Source: a virus
IMG/VR virus record: IMGVR_UViG_3300028048_000073
Coordinates: 1-62,659 of that record
Strand: one strand, 5' to 3'
Length of the DNA stretch: 62,659 nucleotides
Below the pieces are notes generated by a model. That model did not search any database. It worked only from the letters and a program-made list of their open reading frames with translations, and had not been told where the DNA came from. The position numbers were made by a program, and so were the translations under genes. Numbering within the stretch: position 1 is the first letter of the stretch; the number at the start of each line of letters is the position of its first letter. Positions 30,801-37,896 of this stretch are shown here, in pieces.

Positions 30801-30963
30801 GAGTACTGCTAAAGAAAAAGAAAGAGAACTTCAAGAATATCAACCAACTGTTGTTAATATTAACGCTGATTTCCCCGCAGTAACATCTCAACATGAAATT
30901 GAACAAGCTCTTGATTCTCTTGTTGCAAGAGCTACGCAGAGAGCTTATCGTACGGTTAGGTAA
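21841..30963 (+). CDS. tail tape measure protein (3040 aa)
   Basis: Giant alpha-helical, coiled-coil-rich ORF with a hydrophobic Gly/Ala-rich central TM-like block (aa about 1000-1070); position after the chaperone; internal duplication. Confidence 0.75.
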   Translation: MANSGRFEYTIGFKTDDKGLRDARKALQEIQNLTINSPGMSDKSGFLENAKKSAAELELALTKAYNVKMGTTSVAKLNTELNNLKTPLNKIYEDMVAIGPKGEAAFNKIAAQAMKTNLQIKQGNIILNKFGKTLWRNVEWLISGNLINTVTGVFTKAYGFTKNLDSSLNDIRIVTGKSADEMARFGKEAQETAAKLGKGTTDITNASLIFYQQGLDREEVDARTEVTAKMANVTKQSADVVADQMTAIWNGFRAGSDELEHYADVMTAIAASTASSSQELAGSISKVASIANTTGVDMEQLSAMISTVISVTRDSPETVGTAFKTIFARINDLVEDGTDEFGVSLGRISSHLANMGIEILNEDGTLRNLGNTLTETGEKWKSYSREQQIAIAEQMGGKRQWNQVLALFDNWDKYKNALDVARDSTGALQKQQDIYMDSTEAHLQAVKTAWEGVYGEMMTADNINTVADFFTDLLEKVQSFIQAVGGMKPLLTSVAGILMTSFSSQIGQSIGNIALNFQRMSYNARELSAQNQLIAQFGKLESPLMKELADNHQKILQYQSSMTEQQRQQYESLLDIRVEAENEYKAIKEQDDALKGLLTKYEQIGEIQKQNNSLSETTDAIQQRAGALETMRENEGFETKSGRLVSLDWTDNDHKQTIDSLKIVNAIEQEIVKRQEQAIKLKEQMVEQTGKQKEATRKQAKEEETIVKYLREAADIARENAHRRATEKGNPSLPSKAAKTIEEVQQKITNKYQGNHDDVVDLVKNLNDVLGKTSKPAESAKQKIDLIKASLEKLGKQGALTEKDVQNLKDKYDAFGQTISKVTSKETLIEGFGKLKQEVLATGAVSEEEFTKMIQMLQDGVPQAADTAKAHLEAAKKATKEFFEQLDFQNKIKNITTAIGAVGQLAGAIQSLKNLGSIWDNKDLTTGEKLLQTVQNLGFVIPMLTTSVMNLTKSLFANAGALTVEMLAEKGVVLQKGAHLTVTQLLTIAQVALNAALKANPIGLVITAIAALVLAMKGLLSILNKATKITGGWRAATVALGTGIGALFLGPIGAAIGLTAGLIANFWQLKDAEEAERKAMIESSKAKIEANKELLETAKAQQEAIQSFKDAYDAYEKDRNKLSDLTTAVEAYRQTLSSSEQKQLDHLKHIADITGNYDLLRDAILGVEAAVQGTENKISEENKSNYEKLVAAEIEEGSGAENFKEVKGKDSISDFTGKSDSSSITVKYTYNGLGNNSGEKREFGTEEEATEWYRSLSTDEQAQWSAGSPVSVTGKGFVVSGSSSQNFSNIGKAYNTHFNQLGQAMAQQLVQSGLITEKDQKEVANFLTSEFKKGNFSMDTLQQAIQSKWGIDPEKMKKGFANVVAETMQDWDDILLNSENLDVNSSFYQIARGAINFYTTENTQGLADTNQFLDKNKIEKAVSETTKKYENDFKKAVKMSKEQIQLKTEEIYKDLLSQGLDSEDARDQAEQIVQGFFSDIEGGMTEAAKNGILSFNNGEIVKTLVNGVNLKSLKTNFEEELKRHPIKVDGKDFYIDVENLSWEGIQQDINNGSLKKEDIFNAEGQLNVDTKSLQILASYSQEYQNLGNNVATTTTNFEQLNGTIDSLNEKIEKKNIKNLDKDSDWKALQESESDLRILFKDNEEMLEKMDILFDPSKYGTDEWYEAFHRVADGIRSSGTIEAFNEMSKVENDFLNEHRTIQEEIGGKTDFQVKMEVDGDEYEDYMEKITDADYKVNVQVQVENSRELKDLKNELNSTIGLAGKIGEGFIVSRDDLFELAEAYPALLKNAQHMTDGTIKLNEASVKDFIDAKKKEFQAEVEAKRQKILAQIEILKHKKETYDKMADIGARMASGAIDTEEDLVEVTGQLDAHNEDLKIANHYLTNQEDSKLMEANVDDFNKSGKKIVDSNRSFWQQVVDDRAAILSGQAITDSYNPDDFKWSSDSWDDLIGFINRKDLGNGHYLADYWGAIDEIKNRGQDIYDKFHKLSEETQGLIDDEYASLDSLNLYEKAGLDAFNNIGKVTDATKDNTKAEKDAAEAQQELLDLLNEEIDAYHDVTQQIERHTTALNRLQKAQEKATGKTLIKNLQDQMKAYQDLNNDYADKQFLQYEEAAAYRVQLEEQGVAFDENGVISNYSDILNQKQKEINADLAWYNSLSAEDQEAQKDWIESRQAEYDSLVDLIGNYDQLWNQDIPDLADEIAENIDKQVELELEIKKQIVQIEVDKGSLKRMEMELNKTLDNVQEKDLERNLAYNIQSYFTYSDEEKAKLKRYLEAKQKKDEADTSGEDLSAADLENYREALEDYNSIMQEKAKQANEIISSAFDGLNEKIERQKTQFETMSKLFEHDMNLIKLRYGDQAFEQLKTLYAAREENAKAQLSNANLALEVAQKELAAAQAKGDLDLVQAAQDKVTSALEAQRQAVIDGINAIQDTAMNTVDAIFAHLDEQVAGVSFEKMKKQWDDMEKDSADYYDAINGAYEIEKLRTNMKKAINESGSAATQKALNNLMNEEITKLQQKDKLSKYDIERANALFDIEQKRAAFREAQNNKSKMRLRRDASGNYSYQFVSDEDKVTSAIQDLADAQNQLYNIDKEAYKNNLEKMQEYYLEYQEEMKAAANASAEERQAIEDRYMERVAELQEENRDASRNLIQDVVNDSEILTGKSIENIEDMTQAEVDALMGSAIPAWKSYLGVMSRSKDLLADMKQAGLDASQVFDTSKAKIDIEMALNGLSWDSLIEGFDPAVENIKTMTSSTNEIAQEVKNISAGVSQFIEAIKSNNFTEGLEKFVMALENGTLITPAINILPQRNAYISSDNMDTIVDSAASPMDRIITSYTQLKGEEARARRDQLIDNGVIFDADGIINNYAEIIKQKQLGLSADSAWSSSLSGEDQEIQKDWIESRQAEYDNLIDLISGYDQLWNRDIPALTNEITKIAEEKTSNDLQERVSDLIDNSMFVSETVQFLADRLSKVYSQQSEILSETMDYLHTLSTAKEKERELQEYQPTVVNINADFPAVTSQHEIEQALDSLVARATQRAYRTVR

Positions 30964-30969
30964 GGTTAG

Positions 30970-30988
30970 GGCTGCGGTTACCGCAGCC
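30970..30988 (+). other. GC-rich stem-loop (ggctgcgg-tta-ccgcagcc) after the tape-measure gene
   Basis: 8-bp perfect GC stem in an AT-rich context. Confidence 0.3.
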
Positions 30989-31048
30989 TTAACTTGACTT
31001 TTATAAGATTTTTTGATACAATAAAAAGAGAAGAAGGAGTGATAAAAC

Positions 31049-34000
31049 ATGGCTTTTATTGAGAATGTCTTAGAAGCAGCAGAGATCACTGCGAATGCAA
31101 AACAGCAGGCCTTTGATAGAACTATTCAAGCAATAGTAAAAGATAACTCAGATCCAGATCATGAGGGCTTGATAAAAATATCTTATAAGGACGCTATTCT
31201 ATCTGTTTATACAGAGGCTAAAAATGTTAAGGAATACAAGCCGGGCGCGCATGTTTATGTTACAATTCCTAATAATGATATAAATGGGCGAAAAACGATT
31301 TTAGGATTGGTAGAAAAGATTGGTCCGTTAGCAATTATAAATGACAATGATGAATGGTCTATTGAAAATCGTTATCAGGCGGCGGAAGACGTGCAGTTTA
31401 TGGATGATGATTTTACTATTGGAACAAAATTCTTTAAATATGAATACGTAATAAACTCAGGAAATAATGAATTATCTTTTAAAAGATACGATAGTAGTCA
31501 TCCGGGCGGCGTAATAGAAAATAATGCAAAAATTCAAGAGTTTTTAAAGTACCTTAAAGATGCGGCGGTTCAAGGAAATTATCTTCGTTTAAAGGGTATA
31601 TTTACAACTTTTTTAATGTCAGAGCAACGAAATTTTTCCTCATCTAATTATGGTATTAAGATTAGTTTTAAGGTTGGTGGGGAATATTTTTCTACAACTT
31701 TAGATATTGATCAAATGACAGGCAATCCCTATTTCCAAAAAGAGCAGCAGCAATCTATAATTATTGATACGACGAAAGTGGACGCGAAACGACTTCAGTC
31801 TATAACAATTGAATATGAAAGGTATGGCTTCCCGCCATCACAGCAAAATTTGGAAGAAAATAATGTAGTGAATGCTATTAATCCTTTTATTTCCATTTCT
31901 AATTTTATTGTTGAAATAGTTTCTAGTATGTCTCAGGAAGAAACAGCTGATTTAACGTTGTATATCAATCCACTTAATGGAAAAACTTTTTTGGCACAAG
32001 GAAATGGTACTAGTATAACGGCATTAAAGTTAAATGCAGTTATAAAAGAGAATAAGGTACAATTAGACAATTCATCTTTGAAATGCTGGTGGTATGAAAG
32101 GGATAGCTCTTGGATTGACGCAAAGACTAATCTTTCAAGTACAGATGATAGTGATAATATTATATATGATTATTATAGTCAATTGAAAGCAGTTGCGATT
32201 CTTGATAGAGGCGGACCTGGCTGGCGGCCAGTCCATAGAGATACGTTAACAGCGGAAAAAGTTTCTAATGTAATTGGAAAAGATGTAACAAAAGAGTTTA
32301 GTAAATTAAAAAATAGTTATCCTAGCCAAGTGTATGATTACAATATTAATGATATTAATCCTTTTATCGTATATCGTGAAGATTTGGGACTAGCTATAAA
32401 TAAAGAATATAAAGTTGTTGGTATCTATAATGGAGTTGAATTATCTGCTACAATTATAATTAATGATCGTGATAAAGAGAATCCATATTCTTTAACGCTT
32501 GAAGAAAAAACATTATCTGGAGAAACATACACACAATATCGTTTAAAAACAACAGCAGATAGGCACGCGAATATTTCACTTAAATGGTTTTATCTTCAAG
32601 ATGGTGAAGCTTCAGAATTATTAATAGATACGAAAAGAATAGACGAAGAGAATAAAAAAATAGAAGGATGTTGTTCTTCTGACTATTGGACAATCGGATT
32701 GAAGCATAAAATTTTTCCTTATAGTGGTGAAGTTATTTGTGAAATTTATGAAAGCAATGAATTAGTAACAACATTAAGGGAAAATTATAATGCGCCATTA
32801 GGTGAACAAGTTTTATTTTATAATTTTGAACAAGTTTTTTTATACGATTCTAATGGAAAAATAAAAATAGTTGGGGATAATGCAGATGAAGAAGAGGAAG
32901 AAGATAAATATAGTATTACTGTTCGCCCATTGAGTTTATCTGGAGTAGTCTCTAATGTTAATTGGTATATCCCTGACAATCATTTTTTTGACACTTCACA
33001 ATTAGAAGCAACAGCAGAAAACACAAGTACAATAGATTTTATTGAACAGGATGGCATTCGATATATTAAAATTCGAGATAGAACGTCATTATCTAATTTA
33101 AAGATTAAAAAGGATTTTTCTAAAGACGCCTTTTGTGAAAACATTACTGTTACTTATCACTTTAATTCAGCTGATTATTCTAAATCTACTAATTTTTCTT
33201 TTTTAATGGAAGGCGATGATGGCACCAATGGCAGTGGACTTGTGTGCCGAGTAGTACCAAATATAGACACAGATGGCTATTGCCCCAACACTGTTATTTT
33301 AGGCGTTCAAAATGTCAATGGAGACGGCGGCACTCGCAAAGATACTAAAGCCATGTTTAATTTTCTTCCAGCAAGAATTAGCGAAGCAGATATGAATAGG
33401 GGCATTAAAAAAATGATGGAATCACGAACACCTCATTATTTTAAAGCTCAACTTTGGAAACAAAATAAAAAGATTTTTGAAGGGACAATTCGTAAGGCAT
33501 CTGATAGGGATATAACGAAATTAAAATGGGAACTATTAAATGATAATATTATACAGTGTAATAACAGCAGCGACTCTATTATTGGATGTCAAAAAGCTTT
33601 TTCTGAAGCAGAATTATTAGAAGCTCTTCGGCTGCCGCAAGGAATAAAAGCTATAATAAAATATCAAGGGCAAGAAATTTCCTATACCTTACCCTTTTTA
33701 ACTTTTGGTTTTACGGGACAAGATCGGGGTGCTAATAGCCATGCCCTTACTTATGCTAATTTAAAAGAATATGGTATTATAAATAATAAAAATGGTTTTT
33801 CTTTAAATCAATTGGTTAAATTTTATTACAATGAAGATGGAGAAGTAAATGGTATTTCTGTTAATAATAGTAATAATGTTTTGAGCGGTAATCTGAAAAA
33901 AAGTTATGCTATGATTAAGCCAGACAGCAAAGATAAAACAGAATGTCAAGCCTTTTTACTTAAAGGTGATGAATATTGGTGGATCGCCAAAGGAACCTCT

Positions 34001-35551
34001 GCAATAAAAGAAAAATGTCAGACAACTTATAAAGAAGTTGATTTAACATCTCACTTTGGAATACTTGCGAGTGGAGAGAATTCATATAAAATAAGTCCTT
34101 TTGCAACTAGATATTATCCCGGAAAAACATCTTCTGATGTAATTTGGATAATAGATAACAAAAGCAAGGTCTATATACAGATTCCTTTATTATCTTTTTT
34201 AATTTTAGTTTCAGATAGTTTTATCGCTGATTGGAATGGCGGCGTTGAAATAAATGAAGAAGAAGGCGATATTCTTACAGAATGGATCGCCGCAGGAGAG
34301 GTGCCTGCTGATAACAGTTTTTCTGGCGGAGTCTTAGGAAAAAGAAATAATAAAAATGGTTTAGTGCTTTATAATGGCGAAAGAACTATGTATTTAAGCA
34401 AAGAGGGTACAATAGAATTAGGTACAGACCCTGAGAAGCGATTAAAAATTGATGGTAAAACAAGTTCAATTTTTTCAGGCACGAAGAATGGGCTAATTTG
34501 TGATTTTAATAGTGATAGAATAGATATGCTTCAAAAAATCAGTGGAACAGATTCTACCATTAATAATTTATTTTTAAGAGTACGAGTCGGTAATGAAAAT
34601 CGTTTTTCAATTCAAAAAGATGGCACCATTACAGCTGATTTGATTGTCGGAAATACAAATAAAATGGTACATCCGTGGTACAAGGATAGTAAAGGGAAAA
34701 TTGAAGTTGTAAAAGACAATAGCAATAAACCAATAAAAAGCCGTTTTTATTTAAAAGAAGACACTGGGGCGCTGGGCGTTAATGTACTATATGTGCAGGA
34801 TGGAAAAACTGAAATGCCGACTGACAAAGACAGCTATATTGAAGGGATGAGAATCACTTGTGAAGGCATATATCATGGAATTGGCGCGCTTTGGTCGACT
34901 GGAGAAAACAAACCATTGGTATATAACGGCGAGCAGAAAAATAGCTTTGCTCTAAATCGCTCTGGAATAGTGACCTGTGATACAGGAGAAAATTATGCTG
35001 CATTATCAGCAAAAGGATGGGCATCAACCTCGCAGGGATTTGCCATTGGAATGAATCCGATTCCTAGAAGTGTTAATGAACAAGGTACGACACCATATTG
35101 GGTTTTTCGTAAAACGGGCTTATCTTCACCAGATAATCTTCAAAAAATCTATCAAGATCCTAGTGATTCATCAAAAAGATCTTTTTCTTTGTCAGGTAAA
35201 AGGGTTTCAATTGCATCTAAAACAGATAAAATTGTAATCACAGGATCTGGTTCTCCAAACTATGGCGCAGGATCTTCTCCAAATGATGATGACGTTCATG
35301 GAGAAGGTAGCTTACATGTTATAAGTGGACATGGTATTTGGGGTAGAGGAATTACTTCAGATGGAGAAATTTGTGCACAAGGCAGCATTCGATCTGCTTG
35401 TGATGTAAGCGCGGGAAGATTTCAAATAACTACTAATGATTCTTATACTGATGGGTTTACTGGTGGTCCTTTCTATTTTGTTGATGCAAATGGAGACACT
35501 TGTAGCTTTACAGTGACAGGCGGTATTATTACTAATGTGACTACTGGTTGA
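31049..35551 (+). CDS. large tail protein (distal tail / tail-associated lysin-like or fibre protein, 1500 aa)
   Basis: position directly after the tape-measure gene; beta-rich; GAAGGAG RBS. Confidence 0.55.
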   Translation: MAFIENVLEAAEITANAKQQAFDRTIQAIVKDNSDPDHEGLIKISYKDAILSVYTEAKNVKEYKPGAHVYVTIPNNDINGRKTILGLVEKIGPLAIINDNDEWSIENRYQAAEDVQFMDDDFTIGTKFFKYEYVINSGNNELSFKRYDSSHPGGVIENNAKIQEFLKYLKDAAVQGNYLRLKGIFTTFLMSEQRNFSSSNYGIKISFKVGGEYFSTTLDIDQMTGNPYFQKEQQQSIIIDTTKVDAKRLQSITIEYERYGFPPSQQNLEENNVVNAINPFISISNFIVEIVSSMSQEETADLTLYINPLNGKTFLAQGNGTSITALKLNAVIKENKVQLDNSSLKCWWYERDSSWIDAKTNLSSTDDSDNIIYDYYSQLKAVAILDRGGPGWRPVHRDTLTAEKVSNVIGKDVTKEFSKLKNSYPSQVYDYNINDINPFIVYREDLGLAINKEYKVVGIYNGVELSATIIINDRDKENPYSLTLEEKTLSGETYTQYRLKTTADRHANISLKWFYLQDGEASELLIDTKRIDEENKKIEGCCSSDYWTIGLKHKIFPYSGEVICEIYESNELVTTLRENYNAPLGEQVLFYNFEQVFLYDSNGKIKIVGDNADEEEEEDKYSITVRPLSLSGVVSNVNWYIPDNHFFDTSQLEATAENTSTIDFIEQDGIRYIKIRDRTSLSNLKIKKDFSKDAFCENITVTYHFNSADYSKSTNFSFLMEGDDGTNGSGLVCRVVPNIDTDGYCPNTVILGVQNVNGDGGTRKDTKAMFNFLPARISEADMNRGIKKMMESRTPHYFKAQLWKQNKKIFEGTIRKASDRDITKLKWELLNDNIIQCNNSSDSIIGCQKAFSEAELLEALRLPQGIKAIIKYQGQEISYTLPFLTFGFTGQDRGANSHALTYANLKEYGIINNKNGFSLNQLVKFYYNEDGEVNGISVNNSNNVLSGNLKKSYAMIKPDSKDKTECQAFLLKGDEYWWIAKGTSAIKEKCQTTYKEVDLTSHFGILASGENSYKISPFATRYYPGKTSSDVIWIIDNKSKVYIQIPLLSFLILVSDSFIADWNGGVEINEEEGDILTEWIAAGEVPADNSFSGGVLGKRNNKNGLVLYNGERTMYLSKEGTIELGTDPEKRLKIDGKTSSIFSGTKNGLICDFNSDRIDMLQKISGTDSTINNLFLRVRVGNENRFSIQKDGTITADLIVGNTNKMVHPWYKDSKGKIEVVKDNSNKPIKSRFYLKEDTGALGVNVLYVQDGKTEMPTDKDSYIEGMRITCEGIYHGIGALWSTGENKPLVYNGEQKNSFALNRSGIVTCDTGENYAALSAKGWASTSQGFAIGMNPIPRSVNEQGTTPYWVFRKTGLSSPDNLQKIYQDPSDSSKRSFSLSGKRVSIASKTDKIVITGSGSPNYGAGSSPNDDDVHGEGSLHVISGHGIWGRGITSDGEICAQGSIRSACDVSAGRFQITTNDSYTDGFTGGPFYFVDANGDTCSFTVTGGIITNVTTG

Positions 35552-35596
35552 CCAACAGCAGGCATATCTAGATGGAATGGATAATAGGAGGGTTTT

Positions 35597-35791
35597 ATGC
35601 AATTAATAAAACAACAACAATTATATCAAAATATTGAAAAGGTTATTTTTGAAAGCGAATTGTCTGTAGACATTGTTTATTTTATTATAAAAGATATCGA
35701 AAGGGAGCTAGCTAATCTATACCAAACAGCTCTTCAAGAAGAAATTAATAACAATATTTCAAAAGAGGAAAGTGATCAAAATGAAGATTGA
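35597..35791 (+). CDS. small hypothetical protein
   Basis: 64-aa ORF after a GGAGGG RBS. Confidence 0.3.
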   Translation: MQLIKQQQLYQNIEKVIFESELSVDIVYFIIKDIERELANLYQTALQEEINNNISKEESDQNED

Positions 35792-36185
35792 TTCTTTGAT
35801 AATGACAACAATATTGAGTATTTTTATTCCAGTTATCACATCAGTTTTAACTGTGCTTGTTAAGCGATGGGTGGATGAAAAAATTAAAGATATGGAAAAT
35901 AAAAAATTAAAAGCTCTTATCTCTGAGGGAACAAATATTATTTTAGATTCTGTTAATTATGTTCAACAGACTTATGTAGATGCTTTAAAGGGACAAGACT
36001 TTTTTGACACACAATCACATCAAGAAGCTTTTTACATGGCGCGAGATCGCGCCTTGGAGCTCCTTCCGCAAGAGATTTACGATACCATAGAAAAAAGATA
36101 TGGTAATGTAGACATTTTCGTAGAAACAATGATTGAAAGTTATATAGCTAAAAATAAACAAAAAGTCGAAAAAAAAGAGCTGTAA
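35781..36185 (+). CDS. single-pass membrane protein (holin-like architecture)
   Basis: N-terminal TM segment ILSIFIPVITSVLTVLV; AAGAGGAAAG RBS; followed by a clean terminator. Confidence 0.45.
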   Translation: MKIDSLIMTTILSIFIPVITSVLTVLVKRWVDEKIKDMENKKLKALISEGTNIILDSVNYVQQTYVDALKGQDFFDTQSHQEAFYMARDRALELLPQEIYDTIEKRYGNVDIFVETMIESYIAKNKQKVEKKEL

Positions 36186-36199
36186 AGCTCTTTTTTTTG
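36176..36199 (+). terminator. rho-independent terminator: agagct-gtaa-agctct plus T8
   Basis: seen directly. Confidence 0.55.
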
Positions 36200-36259
36200 G
36201 ACTACTTTATTTTGTTATATCTATTTATTTTTTATATAAAAATAAAGGAGGGGTTGTTC

Positions 36260-36700
36260 ATGGCGCAACTATTAGCAACTTATTCTGTTGCAGAAATTTT
36301 AGTATTTATTGTTCTTTTAGCTATTGCTACAAAAGGTGTTGTTACTTTTTGGGACTGGGGCGCAGAGAGGCTTCGCAAAGTGTTTCATAAAGAAACGCAG
36401 CAAGAATTGGATAGAGATAAAATAAATCAAATTGCTGAAAAACAAGAAAAATTTTTTGATGACCTACAAGAGATGAACAAAAAAATTAGTATTCTTGTAG
36501 ATTCAGATAAAGATGATATTAAGGCTTTTATTACAGATAAGTATCATCATTTTTGTTATGATAAGAAATGGATTGATGATTATAGCTTGGATTGTATTGA
36601 AAGAAGATATTCTCATTATAAAAATGAGGGTGGCAACTCTTTTATTGCTACATTAATGGGGGAGCTTAAAGCGTTACCAAAGCAACCACCGCAGCCTTAA
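36260..36700 (+). CDS. membrane-anchored hypothetical protein
   Basis: ATG after an AGGAGGGG RBS; N-terminal TM segment ILVFIVLLAIA; track ORF 36197 trimmed. Confidence 0.45.
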   Translation: MAQLLATYSVAEILVFIVLLAIATKGVVTFWDWGAERLRKVFHKETQQELDRDKINQIAEKQEKFFDDLQEMNKKISILVDSDKDDIKAFITDKYHHFCYDKKWIDDYSLDCIERRYSHYKNEGGNSFIATLMGELKALPKQPPQP

Positions 36701-36729
36701 AATCATAGGAGAAGAAGGTGTATTAAGTT

Positions 36730-37881
36730 ATGGCAATTAGTCAAAAACCATATCCACCAATTGTAGATACTTGGAATCCCACAGTTATAAAAGGCGAGGG
36801 TGTAAAAGTATATTTTTCATTATCTGCTTATAACAGTATAAAAGATATACGTAGAGATTTGCTATTGGTAGAGATAATGGATGTAGAAACAAATAACAGT
36901 GCTGTTAACGTACTGGGGAATAATGGTTATTATCAACTAATCTCAAGTATTAGCGTGGATGAAGATAATAATTATTATACTATGATACAAAATAACCGTC
37001 TAAATTTAGAGAAGGAAAAAACATATAAAATTCAATTAAGATTTTGTTCTAGCGCTTGTCAAGTATCATCCGCAATGGTTCAGACAAATCCTGCAAATTA
37101 TAGGGATTATATTTCTGATTATTCAAGTGCAACATTGATAAAAGTAATTTCACGACCAAAATTAAAATTGTCTACTTTTCCTATTGTAGATGCCAATTCT
37201 GAATATGTAGTATCTACAGCATCTTTTGTCATTAGCGGAAAAGTGCTATTTATACCGGAGGCGCAAACGGATAGCGAAGATATTGCTGAAAAAACCGAAG
37301 AGTGTTTAACGTCTTATTCTATTATTTTGTACGAGAATGAAGCGGTAAAAGCAACGTCAAATGATACAATATTTTATGATTCTGGAATTCTTTATCCAGA
37401 TACCAAAAATTTAAATTCCTTTTATAAAACTATTAAAAAGGATTTAAAGAATGGCGCACATTATTTATTAAATTTTTCTTACACAACATCATCAGGATAT
37501 ACTGCTACTGAGGAATATGCTTTTAGAGTGCTTTATGAGGCAGAAATTGATTATCCACCGCCATATGTTTTTACTGAATTAGATAAAGAGGATGGTTCGA
37601 TTTTAGTTACAATTACTGCTAATACTGAAAAAGCCTATCAAGGTTACTTCATTTTGAGACGATCAAGTAGCTTAGATAACTTTGAAACATGGGAAGATTT
37701 AAAATTTTATAAATATGAAACACCAAAAATTATACAAGAGCATTTAAAAGATTATCTTGTTCAAGCGGGTGTTATATACAGGTATCAAGTTATTCCTATG
37801 AACTCTGCTGGGTACAGAGGAATATGGGATGCAATAACTTTAAAACCCTCAGAACCAGATCCCGCACCGCAACATATGTGA
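36730..37881 (+). CDS. hypothetical tail/baseplate protein
   Basis: 383-aa ORF. Confidence 0.45.
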   Translation: MAISQKPYPPIVDTWNPTVIKGEGVKVYFSLSAYNSIKDIRRDLLLVEIMDVETNNSAVNVLGNNGYYQLISSISVDEDNNYYTMIQNNRLNLEKEKTYKIQLRFCSSACQVSSAMVQTNPANYRDYISDYSSATLIKVISRPKLKLSTFPIVDANSEYVVSTASFVISGKVLFIPEAQTDSEDIAEKTEECLTSYSIILYENEAVKATSNDTIFYDSGILYPDTKNLNSFYKTIKKDLKNGAHYLLNFSYTTSSGYTATEEYAFRVLYEAEIDYPPPYVFTELDKEDGSILVTITANTEKAYQGYFILRRSSSLDNFETWEDLKFYKYETPKIIQEHLKDYLVQAGVIYRYQVIPMNSAGYRGIWDAITLKPSEPDPAPQHM

Positions 37882-37896
37882 GGAGGCGAATAAAAA

